Made by a program: the position numbers and the translations under genes. A stretch of 64,000 bases of DNA. It comes from Promethearchaeota archaeon. GTDB lineage: Archaea; Asgardarchaeota; Lokiarchaeia; Sigyniarchaeales; SOKP01. Numbering within the stretch: position 1 is the stretch's first letter; each line of letters begins with the position of its first letter. The DNA lies in NCBI GenBank assembly GCA_016930515.1, contig JAFGGO010000158.1:32001-96000 (forward strand), given 5' to 3'. Shown here one piece after another: positions 1 through 8,718 of this stretch. The notes under the pieces are model-generated. The model saw nothing but the letters and a program-made list of their open reading frames with translations. It had not been told where the DNA came from and made no database searches.

Positions 1-2
1 TT

Positions 3-632
3 CGGGAAAAAAATATGAAACGGGTCGCCCTGATCGATTGGGATTGCCATCACGGTAATGGCACTTCAGACATATTTTACGGGGGAAGTCCATCTGAAAA
101 AGGGGAATTCGTCATGTTCAATTCTCATCAAGACGGTCGGACGCTCTACCCAGGAAGTGGGTTCCATAATGAGATCGGTTCGGGAAAAGGTGCAGGAAAA
201 ATAATCAATTATCCGATGCCTCCTCAAGCGGCCGACGATGTCATCATGTTGTATTTTGAGGAAATTATTTCCCCAATTCTAGAAGAATTTAAACCCGAAT
301 TTTTGCTTATATCTGCCGGTTTTGACACTCATTGGACGGACAGGCTCACGAATATGGGTTGGACATATCAAGCTCCGGCAAATTATTTAAAACTTATTAA
401 AACCGTTGCGGATAAGTATGCTAGCGGTAGGATCTTGATCACGCTTGAAGGAGGATACGAAGCCGGCAAGCAAGCAATAGCCATTTATAATTGTCTGAAG
501 GTTCTCAATAGTGACGATAATCTCGTGTTAGAAACGGAGAGAAAATCAGAAGAGAATCTCTTGGATTACATGAGGAATAAAGTAATTGCGAAATTAAAGG
601 AAAACCTCTCTTCCTATTGGGATTGTTTCTGA
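3..632 (+). CDS. Histone deacetylase family protein (Zn-dependent amidohydrolase), 5' partial
   Basis: Motifs DWDCHHGNGT, YPGSG, G.G.G..INYP, LISAGFDTH and LEGGY. The frame is open to the left window edge. Confidence 0.93.
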   Translation, partial: REKNMKRVALIDWDCHHGNGTSDIFYGGSPSEKGEFVMFNSHQDGRTLYPGSGFHNEIGSGKGAGKIINYPMPPQAADDVIMLYFEEIISPILEEFKPEFLLISAGFDTHWTDRLTNMGWTYQAPANYLKLIKTVADKYASGRILITLEGGYEAGKQAIAIYNCLKVLNSDDNLVLETERKSEENLLDYMRNKVIAKLKENLSSYWDCF

Positions 633-837
633 ATTGGCTCTCGTCTCGCACGCAATTGCAACCGATAATTGAGTGTTACACCTCAAACGTTTTTTTTCTT
701 CTAAAGTGTTTGAAATGTCACTAATATTTTCTATGAGTTCATATAATAGCTTTAAATACTAAAGGGTTATAATTAAATTATCTGTATCATTATTTTAATT
801 TCAAGGAAACACCAATTAAAAATAGGAAAGGTGAAAC

Positions 838-1692
838 ATGTCAAACTATAACTATAACGATGATGAAGAAGACGAATATGGTATGGGCAAACCGCCCGTA
901 GAACCTCCTTTAACACCTCCCCCACGAGCACCTGGAACTGCTCCGCCTCCGCCATCCGTTCCTCCAGCGCCCACTTTTTCAGCCTCTCCCCCTCCTTCGC
1001 AATCTTACTCGGCAGCCCCCGCAGCCCCCTCCACGCAGCAATATCAAAACACGGTTAACCAGCTCCAAACCCAAGTCGGTCAATTACAAGCACAAGTGAG
1101 TTCCAAGGACGCTCAGATCAACCAATTAAATTCTCAACTCAATTCCGTACAATCTTCCATTCAAGGTTATCAGAATCAGATTGCCCAGTTGAACAACGAA
1201 CGAGGTCAACTTCAAGCCCAGATTCCCGGGCTCCAAAGTCAAATATCGCAATTACAACAACAAAATTCAATGTTATCGGGACAAATAGGGCCGCTTCAGG
1301 CACAAATCGCTAAATTAACTGATGAACTCAGGTATAAAGACAAGAGAATCGCTGAATTGAAAGAACCGGTTCCTGTTATGACCAGTTCATTATCTCAAAG
1401 TTCAGGCTCTCAAGGATTAAGTGGTACTTCGTTTCCGGGATCTTATGGTAGCTCGTCGTATGCAACACCTTCTCCCGCCTCACCCTCCCCTGAAATATCC
1501 GCCTCACCCGCACCCGCAGCTACTCCAGACTCTTCTTCCGGAGGAATGGGTGCTAGAAGAGTATGCGTGAACTGTGGGGCAACGGGTAATGCCATCCGGG
1601 AAGTTGAAGACAGGTCGAGAATAATAAGTTACATTCCCAAAACGATTTATGCGAAGCAATTTCAGTGTTCTAAATGCGGATACACATTTTAA
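838..1692 (+). CDS. Pro-rich / Gln-rich coiled-coil protein with C-terminal Zn ribbon
   Basis: Acidic N-terminus, polyproline tract, about 100 aa of heptad repeats, Ser/Pro linker, CVNC...CSKC. GGAAAGGTGA SD-like motif upstream. Confidence 0.8.
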   Translation: MSNYNYNDDEEDEYGMGKPPVEPPLTPPPRAPGTAPPPPSVPPAPTFSASPPPSQSYSAAPAAPSTQQYQNTVNQLQTQVGQLQAQVSSKDAQINQLNSQLNSVQSSIQGYQNQIAQLNNERGQLQAQIPGLQSQISQLQQQNSMLSGQIGPLQAQIAKLTDELRYKDKRIAELKEPVPVMTSSLSQSSGSQGLSGTSFPGSYGSSSYATPSPASPSPEISASPAPAATPDSSSGGMGARRVCVNCGATGNAIREVEDRSRIISYIPKTIYAKQFQCSKCGYTF

Positions 1693-1728
1693 AATTAGTG
1701 AATTTTACATTCGTCATCAGAATTTTCT

Positions 1729-1797
1729 AAATCAAAAATGTGTAAAGCAATTGATTGCTGTTTGATTTTAATTTCTATTTCTTTTTTTATTTTTTTC
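1729..1797 (+). terminator. Probable terminator (imperfect hairpin plus T-rich tract)
   Basis: AAATCAAA...AGCAAT-TG-ATTGCT...TTTGATTT followed by poly-T runs just after the 838-1692 stop. Confidence 0.45.
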
Positions 1798-1988
1798 TCG
1801 TGATTGCTTCTAATTATGGCTTGTGAGCGCTTTAATACACGACGATATAAATTTTTTTAGTTATAAGAGGTTCAATTAAGTCCAATATTAGCTTCTAAAC
1901 GAATCTAAATATATATAAATGATAATTTTGATTACTATTCTAAAACTTGCTAAATAATAATCGTATATAATAATCGCACTGTCTTGCC

Positions 1989-4900
1989 ATGTCTGAAATT
2001 AGAGAAAAAATTTTAGGTCCCAGCAATGTACGATCTCAAATCCTGAAAGTTGTCTTCCTCTCCGTGATTTTAGTTGTAGCCTTTGCGTTTTCCGTGGCAT
2101 TATTAAATATTGCGTTCGGATCATTACGAAATATCCCCAGCGAAAAGCAAAGCAACGCAGATTATGAATATTTAGAGGAAGTGGACATCCCTTTTCCTTT
2201 TGATCCCTTAGCGCTTCTTCAATTATTCCAAGACCTTGGTCTCGAAATAACTCCAGAAATGATTGAGGACCTCTTAGACATGTTTGACGGTGATTTTGAC
2301 GACATTCCGCTTGAAGACTTGGCGGCATTAATGGCTGCGTTAATGTTCTCTAATGTAGAAGTGTTTAGCGTCTACGATCACGAACTCACACCTATAGACG
2401 ATATGGAAGATTACCTGTGGAAGTATGAGTGCTACGATCAGTACCGAGACGGAGTATGGAGTGCTATGGATTCCGATCTCGACACGGTCGACTTTTTCAC
2501 GGATTATACCGAACCTCAACTTGGTTATACAGAAATTTATAAGATTAAGTTCTCAAATCTTAGCGTAAGCGCGGGAACCAATCAATTTACCGCTCCTACC
2601 TTATTTTCTAGCCCGCTTATAATGCAAGGAAGCGTTGAAGCACAACAATTAGACACAGATTCTGTATTAGTACGAGCACAAACAGATGGTTTAAACGGCG
2701 CGGCCTTGAGGGCGTCTTTTGATAGTGATGTGAATACTGATCTGTCTTATCTCTTGAGGGGTGTGAGTTTACCCACGGAAGAGGATTTGAATGGTAGTTG
2801 CGTCTATGTAAGCAATCCATCGAGTGGATACACCCAATTAATCGATACTTACCAGCAAGTTAACGGTGAAGATCTTTTTACATACATTGATCGTTCTTGG
2901 ATGACCGATTTTAAGGTCGTTTACGATGATCTTGCCGCTAACATAATTCAGCCGGAAGATAACGCTTTCATTATTGCCAATAAGATCCGTAATTATCTTC
3001 AATCTAATTACACCCTGAATTATAGTCCCATGCCTGAGACAGAAACCGATCGACTCAACTGGTTTTGCGCTTCTGGAGAAGGTTTATATTCTGATTTTGC
3101 CTCGGTTTTTTGCATCCTTGCAAGGGCATTTGATGTTCCTGCTCGCTTCGTTGACGGCTTTAACAACCGTGCTGTAGAACAAAAAATTGATCCTATCGAA
3201 GGTTCTGGTTTTTCCGTGTTATACAGGAATATCTACAGTTGGGCGGAAATCTTCGTGCCAACAGACGCTCAAGGAAACGGCGCTTGGCAACAATTCGATG
3301 TTTATTACGAAAATTACGAAGGAATCCCTCTCGTACCTCCATTCTTGGAAAGCAATTACACGCTCGATGTAATGTGTAATGGACATTCCATTTATGACCC
3401 ATTCTATGCCTTGGTTGATAGAACCGATTCGATTACCTTATCTGCAAATTTAACCTTAAATTCCGTTCCTGTTCCAGACGAGCTGATCACATTCAAGAAC
3501 TACGGTTCGAGTACCGCGCTTGGAACCGCAACGACAAACTCTTCGGGTATTGCCGAAATAACCGTTCCCGTTGGTAGTTCGCGCGTGGCCGGGCCTAACT
3601 TCGTCATCGGAGAATACTCGCCAAATGTTTTAGGGTTTGGATATTTTATCGTGAACGACACGCTTTCAATTACCTTTAATATAATAAATCCATCGAGTCC
3701 CACGGCAATCAACGTGTCAGATGTAAGCAATTCAACCATATCCGTTAGTGGTTATGTGGAAGATTCGAACTCGAATAGAGTTCGGTACACGAATATTGAA
3801 TTCGCCCTTTACGAAAATGGCACTACAAATCGGTTCTACGCGTTCAATCCAGACACTACCACGGCAGACAATAATGGTGCATTTAGTGCAGACTTGTTCG
3901 TGGACGGTAATTTCGTGGATAAAGGAGATTATCAAGTGTTTGCAAGCGCAATGGGTACTTGGAATTATACCTTTCCTCCAGATACCACGATATACACGAT
4001 TCCATCGCCATATTTTCCCTCGTCAGTGACCGGAATGAGCGCTCCTCAAGCTCTTTTTATTGATAAAGAAATTCCCCTAATCTTGAACTTTTATATAAAT
4101 GATATCCCATCCGATGACGCTTCTAGCCCCATTGTTTCTCGGGGATCAACACTTTCATTGAAAGCGCAAGTGCTTGACCCGATCGGAACGCCAGTTGATG
4201 GTGTTGTGGTTGAATATTACGAATATACCAATGGTACTTTAATAGGATCGGCAACAACCGGTCCAACGGGCAATACAACAACGATTGTAAATTACTTGGT
4301 TGGAAAATATAATGCCACGGTAGGACCGAACTTGCTATATGCAAGAGTTGGATATCAGTATAATTATTCTTATTATATCTTGGACGATAATGTTTCTTTC
4401 TCGTCCATATCATTAACAGGACCTTTTCCAAGTCTCGTGGTAAATAAGACTCAAGGAGATTATTTTATAGTATCAGGATATCTATATGACGAAAAAAGCA
4501 ATGCACCAGTTGAATATTCGAGAGTTACGCTAAGAATGTTTAAAGGAATTACGAATTACGAATTAACAACATCTGTAAATGCTGATGGTTCTTTCTCAAT
4601 AGCGTCTTACGCCACTGGAATGGAAGTTGGAAATTATTCTCTGCGTTTGGATTTTAACGGATCCTATGTGATAAATTCCCCCCATCCATATCCTTATAAT
4701 TTTAACCTTACTTTAATTTCTGGTTATCACATATTTTTGTCAGAATTACAAATAACGGAGTTTAGCCCTATTAGGCTAGATTTTTGGATAAACGACATTC
4801 CTGCTGACGATTATCAGAATCCGGTCATTACCAGATCTAAAAGCGTGAATCTTTCCGTCTATCTTTCGCAAGGGCTAGTTCCTATAAGCGGAAGAGTGTA

Positions 4901-6569
4901 CTTGTATGACTTGACTAACGATACGGATATAGGGTTTATAGATACGGGTAGCGACGGTTTTGCTTGGTTAACATATAATACGACATCAAATACATTGGCT
5001 GGCCCTCACCTGATTCGCGCAAGGTACGGTGCGTCGCTATATAATTATTCTTATTTCGTGTTAAACGCACCGATAACCGTGTCGTTTGATGCGGGGCCCG
5101 ACCCAACCTGGGTGTACGATAACTATTACACCAATAGGACGTTCCGGATTCAAGGTTCTTTAATCGATGCTACAAACGGCCTTCCCATAACAGGAGGAAT
5201 TGTTGAGACTATTCTCGTTGGTGGATTAGATTCTTACCTGACTAGCAATGGTGGAAGTCAGCAAGTGGATAATTTTTTCATATGCAATCAAACAGGGCTA
5301 ATTAACGCATATTATAACATCACGACTGGAACTCCACATCAAAATTACACCCTCAGGCTTGATTTTTACGGTGCATTCTATAACTATTTTGGAATTCCTT
5401 CCTTTCCAAACGTATTAGATCTCAGCTCTTTTAGTAATTTTACAGTTTCAGATTTTGGCCTTAACCAGTTAGAAGTAAGGGATTATTACAATCTCATGAT
5501 CACTTTATTGGTAAATGGAAATCCCGTTCCTTATGTGTATCCCTCAGGAAGTCTTCCTGCGATTGTAAACCTCGGGAATAACATCACATTTAGCGGAACC
5601 GTATACCATTCAACTCCTGTTGGAACAATAAGAATATATGATTATTACGCAAATCCATCAACACCCATAGCTGCTACTCCAACGGATGGTTCGGGAAATT
5701 ACTACATTGAACTCAATACCTCCTCTTATTCTTTACACTCAGGACTCCATCTCTTTAGGGTTACTTATGTTTATATGGGCAGCGAATTTCCAACATACAA
5801 CTCCACATATATAATCGTTGACGAGACGATTAGCAGTTTTTCGATGACCTCTACTGAGTCTAATGTTATTCGAAATGTTGACAGTTTTATTATTTCGGGT
5901 TACCTTCAGGACGGGGGATTTGGGTTAAGAGGATTACAGGTGCAACTAAGGTTATACGATGGAGCAATGGTCGATCGTTCGCAATATTTAATTCTTGAAT
6001 CAGGGTATTCCCTTACGGCCATCACTGATAACTCTGGATATTATCGGTTTGAAATTAATCATTTAAACATCTCGTGTCCCCAGGGAAGTTACACTATAAG
6101 GGTGGAATTTTACGGGAATATAATTCGATCAGATTTTCCCATTTCCATTGGAATATCGGGTGCAATGACCGGTTCAAATAGTAATAGCATTTCTTTAACT
6201 GTTAATGCGGGCATGTATTTTGAATCGTTATTATCTGGTTTTAATACGGATTTTCAACCATTAAATCCATCTGATTGGTACCTTTTTGATGTCCTTCATG
6301 TGTGGGGGCGCTTGGTTTGGGACAATGGTACTGGTGTCTCAGGAGCGACTCTTAACATCACCGTCGAATATAGAGTGAACAATATAGTATTTGCTTATGA
6401 TGACACATTCACGACCGATCCTAACGGTTATTTCAACGGTTCAATAGATGTGGATTCTAGATTTGATGATGTCGAGATGATTAGCCAAACAATTATTTCT
6501 GTAAATTATAATCCAATCGATGATGGTTTTACTTATGTAATAGCACCTGATGAGGAAACATACAACTAA
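1989..6569 (+). CDS. Large membrane-anchored surface glycoprotein: transglutaminase-like domain (catalytic residues substituted) plus tandem Ig-like repeats
   Basis: N-terminal TM; GLYSDFASVFCILARAFDVPARFVDGF, YSWAEIFVP and WQQFD TGase-like motifs; four ~240-aa beta-rich repeats; more than 30 N-x-S/T sequons. Confidence 0.85.
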   Translation: MSEIREKILGPSNVRSQILKVVFLSVILVVAFAFSVALLNIAFGSLRNIPSEKQSNADYEYLEEVDIPFPFDPLALLQLFQDLGLEITPEMIEDLLDMFDGDFDDIPLEDLAALMAALMFSNVEVFSVYDHELTPIDDMEDYLWKYECYDQYRDGVWSAMDSDLDTVDFFTDYTEPQLGYTEIYKIKFSNLSVSAGTNQFTAPTLFSSPLIMQGSVEAQQLDTDSVLVRAQTDGLNGAALRASFDSDVNTDLSYLLRGVSLPTEEDLNGSCVYVSNPSSGYTQLIDTYQQVNGEDLFTYIDRSWMTDFKVVYDDLAANIIQPEDNAFIIANKIRNYLQSNYTLNYSPMPETETDRLNWFCASGEGLYSDFASVFCILARAFDVPARFVDGFNNRAVEQKIDPIEGSGFSVLYRNIYSWAEIFVPTDAQGNGAWQQFDVYYENYEGIPLVPPFLESNYTLDVMCNGHSIYDPFYALVDRTDSITLSANLTLNSVPVPDELITFKNYGSSTALGTATTNSSGIAEITVPVGSSRVAGPNFVIGEYSPNVLGFGYFIVNDTLSITFNIINPSSPTAINVSDVSNSTISVSGYVEDSNSNRVRYTNIEFALYENGTTNRFYAFNPDTTTADNNGAFSADLFVDGNFVDKGDYQVFASAMGTWNYTFPPDTTIYTIPSPYFPSSVTGMSAPQALFIDKEIPLILNFYINDIPSDDASSPIVSRGSTLSLKAQVLDPIGTPVDGVVVEYYEYTNGTLIGSATTGPTGNTTTIVNYLVGKYNATVGPNLLYARVGYQYNYSYYILDDNVSFSSISLTGPFPSLVVNKTQGDYFIVSGYLYDEKSNAPVEYSRVTLRMFKGITNYELTTSVNADGSFSIASYATGMEVGNYSLRLDFNGSYVINSPHPYPYNFNLTLISGYHIFLSELQITEFSPIRLDFWINDIPADDYQNPVITRSKSVNLSVYLSQGLVPISGRVYLYDLTNDTDIGFIDTGSDGFAWLTYNTTSNTLAGPHLIRARYGASLYNYSYFVLNAPITVSFDAGPDPTWVYDNYYTNRTFRIQGSLIDATNGLPITGGIVETILVGGLDSYLTSNGGSQQVDNFFICNQTGLINAYYNITTGTPHQNYTLRLDFYGAFYNYFGIPSFPNVLDLSSFSNFTVSDFGLNQLEVRDYYNLMITLLVNGNPVPYVYPSGSLPAIVNLGNNITFSGTVYHSTPVGTIRIYDYYANPSTPIAATPTDGSGNYYIELNTSSYSLHSGLHLFRVTYVYMGSEFPTYNSTYIIVDETISSFSMTSTESNVIRNVDSFIISGYLQDGGFGLRGLQVQLRLYDGAMVDRSQYLILESGYSLTAITDNSGYYRFEINHLNISCPQGSYTIRVEFYGNIIRSDFPISIGISGAMTGSNSNSISLTVNAGMYFESLLSGFNTDFQPLNPSDWYLFDVLHVWGRLVWDNGTGVSGATLNITVEYRVNNIVFAYDDTFTTDPNGYFNGSIDVDSRFDDVEMISQTIISVNYNPIDDGFTYVIAPDEETYN

Positions 6570-6587
6570 CAAATAATTAAATGAATA

Positions 6588-8219
6588 ATGAATTTACAAG
6601 AAAGAAAAGAAGATAATTCTATCATGTCAAGAAAGCACTCTGAGAAAATAAAAAATCGTGTTAAAGCATTATTTCTATTAATAACGATAGTATTCTTAAT
6701 TTCTACAATTTATATTATCAATTTCGCTAACTTGAATGAATCATCTATTGATTTCGAAAAAGAAGTGAAGCCCTCAGCAATTTGGGCTAATCTAGATCTT
6801 TTAAACACAGAAATAGACGGTAATCGCTATATACTGGGGAATGAAATCGTACCTCTGTACGGTCGGCTTTATCACCCTAAACTTCCATCTCAGAATTATA
6901 TTGGTTATACAGTGCAAGTCATGCTAGATGGTGTCCTTTATCCGTCCTATTATAATATTACGGTAGATCAAGGTTACTTTTATATCTTGAATTTTTCGCT
7001 ACCAGTAGATACCAATGTGTATGTACCCCATACTATCAATGTTTCTGTTTTAAATCCTTTTGATGATGTTAATTATACTAATTCATTTACTATATACGGA
7101 AGCACGGCTTCCTATTTTGACAATGTGATCGTAGATAACGCTCAACCATATTATTCTGGCGAATCAATAGATGTTTCAGGTAGTTTGCTCCTTGGTGATG
7201 ATACTGGAGTCTCTAATGAGCCAATTTACGCAGGTTGGTACGATAATTTGAATAATCCCGTGTATATTTTTGGATCGCCGATCGATAATACTGGTTTGGA
7301 CGGTACATTTACCACATCCGTGCAAACCCCTGATGCGTCGGGGAATCTCACGCTCAGGTTATCTTATTCAAACCCTCCTATCGTGACATATTCCGAAATA
7401 GATTGTTCAAATATATTTGTCTTTCAAAATATAACATTAACGAATCCATCGACCTCAGTAGGAGTTGCAGGGCAGGAATATACCATTTCGGGGAGATTAG
7501 CTTCTGTTTTTGGTAACTTTTATATTTTTAATAGAGCCGTGACGGTAGTCTATAACGATTCCTCTTCCACATATGGTCTTGCCCAAACTGATTCGCAAGG
7601 AAGGTTTACTTGCATGCTCACGCTTCCCAATGTAAATGGTACCGCGAGTTATCAAGTATATTTAAACTCATCAAGTGGACTAGTTCTCGCAGGTACTGTG
7701 CCTGACATACTCATCAATGCCGCTCCCGTGACACCTTCTGGGGGGCCTACAGGTCAAATACCCTTCGCAGATTTTTTTATGGTGTTCATACCAATTGTGG
7801 TCGTCATAGGTGCTGCATTAGCCGGATATGGCTATTACTTCCTGAAAAAACAAAGGAAAGCGTCTTTATCCACTACCATCCCTCTCGAGAAAAAGATTTC
7901 GAACCTTAAAATATTAAAGGAAACGGGCAGGTTGGAAGAAGCCTTGTCGTACTTGTTCAATGCGATTTTTATGACTCTCATTGACGGGAAATACGGTCGG
8001 AAGAAGAAAGAGTTTGAAACGATTCGAGATTTTGCGATCGTTTCGGTAAAGGAATTCAAGATGAAACCAACGGTCGTGTATCCATTCATGACAAAAGTGG
8101 AGGAGATTATCTATTCCAGGCCGTTTGAAATGACCGAAAGCGATTTTTACAGCGCTATAGAATTATTTAGCCGTGTCTATTTCGATCTCACTGGATATAA
8201 TTTCGTGTTAAAATTTTAA
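6588..8219 (+). CDS. Membrane protein with Ig-like ectodomain and cytoplasmic DUF4129-like helical domain
   Basis: N-terminal TM, beta-rich repeats (TDSQGRF), second TM (FFMVFIPIVVVIGAALAGYGYYF), C-terminal ETIRDFA...VEEIIYS. Confidence 0.7.
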   Translation: MNLQERKEDNSIMSRKHSEKIKNRVKALFLLITIVFLISTIYIINFANLNESSIDFEKEVKPSAIWANLDLLNTEIDGNRYILGNEIVPLYGRLYHPKLPSQNYIGYTVQVMLDGVLYPSYYNITVDQGYFYILNFSLPVDTNVYVPHTINVSVLNPFDDVNYTNSFTIYGSTASYFDNVIVDNAQPYYSGESIDVSGSLLLGDDTGVSNEPIYAGWYDNLNNPVYIFGSPIDNTGLDGTFTTSVQTPDASGNLTLRLSYSNPPIVTYSEIDCSNIFVFQNITLTNPSTSVGVAGQEYTISGRLASVFGNFYIFNRAVTVVYNDSSSTYGLAQTDSQGRFTCMLTLPNVNGTASYQVYLNSSSGLVLAGTVPDILINAAPVTPSGGPTGQIPFADFFMVFIPIVVVIGAALAGYGYYFLKKQRKASLSTTIPLEKKISNLKILKETGRLEEALSYLFNAIFMTLIDGKYGRKKKEFETIRDFAIVSVKEFKMKPTVVYPFMTKVEEIIYSRPFEMTESDFYSAIELFSRVYFDLTGYNFVLKF

Positions 8220-8296
8220 CAAAATAAGGTAAAATTACAAAAAGAAAATATTATAAGTGTGAAAAAAATTAATTAATAAAAAAAAGGTTGGATATC

Positions 8297-8683
8297 ATGG
8301 CTAAAAAACCGAACTTGAGAAAAAAAAAGAAGAAACAAGAGCCTGAATATAATGCAAAAGAACGATTTGAAAACGTGAAAATTCTCGTCCAAACAAAACG
8401 GCCGAAGGAGGCAATTGCCTACATCTATTTAGTATACACGGATCTTATCTTTAAGAAACATAAGAAACCTCGAGAACCGTATCAAACCATTCGCGAGTAC
8501 GCCATAACGTGCGTTAATGAACTGGGTTTAAATCCACAAAATACTTATGTCTTCATTAAACAAATAGAAGATATAATATACGGCGGTGTGGAGCCCACGT
8601 CCAAGGAATTCGAATCGACTATTTCATTATTTTCAGCGTTGCACAAGGAAATCACGACCAAATCGTTTTCTTTTAGTTTGTAA
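8297..8683 (+). CDS. Stand-alone DUF4129-like helical protein
   Basis: EAIAYIY...QTIREYA...IEDIIYGG, clearly paralogous to the C-terminus of the preceding gene. Confidence 0.7.
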   Translation: MAKKPNLRKKKKKQEPEYNAKERFENVKILVQTKRPKEAIAYIYLVYTDLIFKKHKKPREPYQTIREYAITCVNELGLNPQNTYVFIKQIEDIIYGGVEPTSKEFESTISLFSALHKEITTKSFSFSL

Positions 8684-8718
8684 AAATCAAATAGTAAATT
8701 TATTCAAAAGGATATATT

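Noticed and set aside
838-1692. Calling the Pro-rich protein a formin or WASP homolog
   Set aside because: No FH2, WH2 or EVH1 domain is recognisable; only the general architecture is similar.
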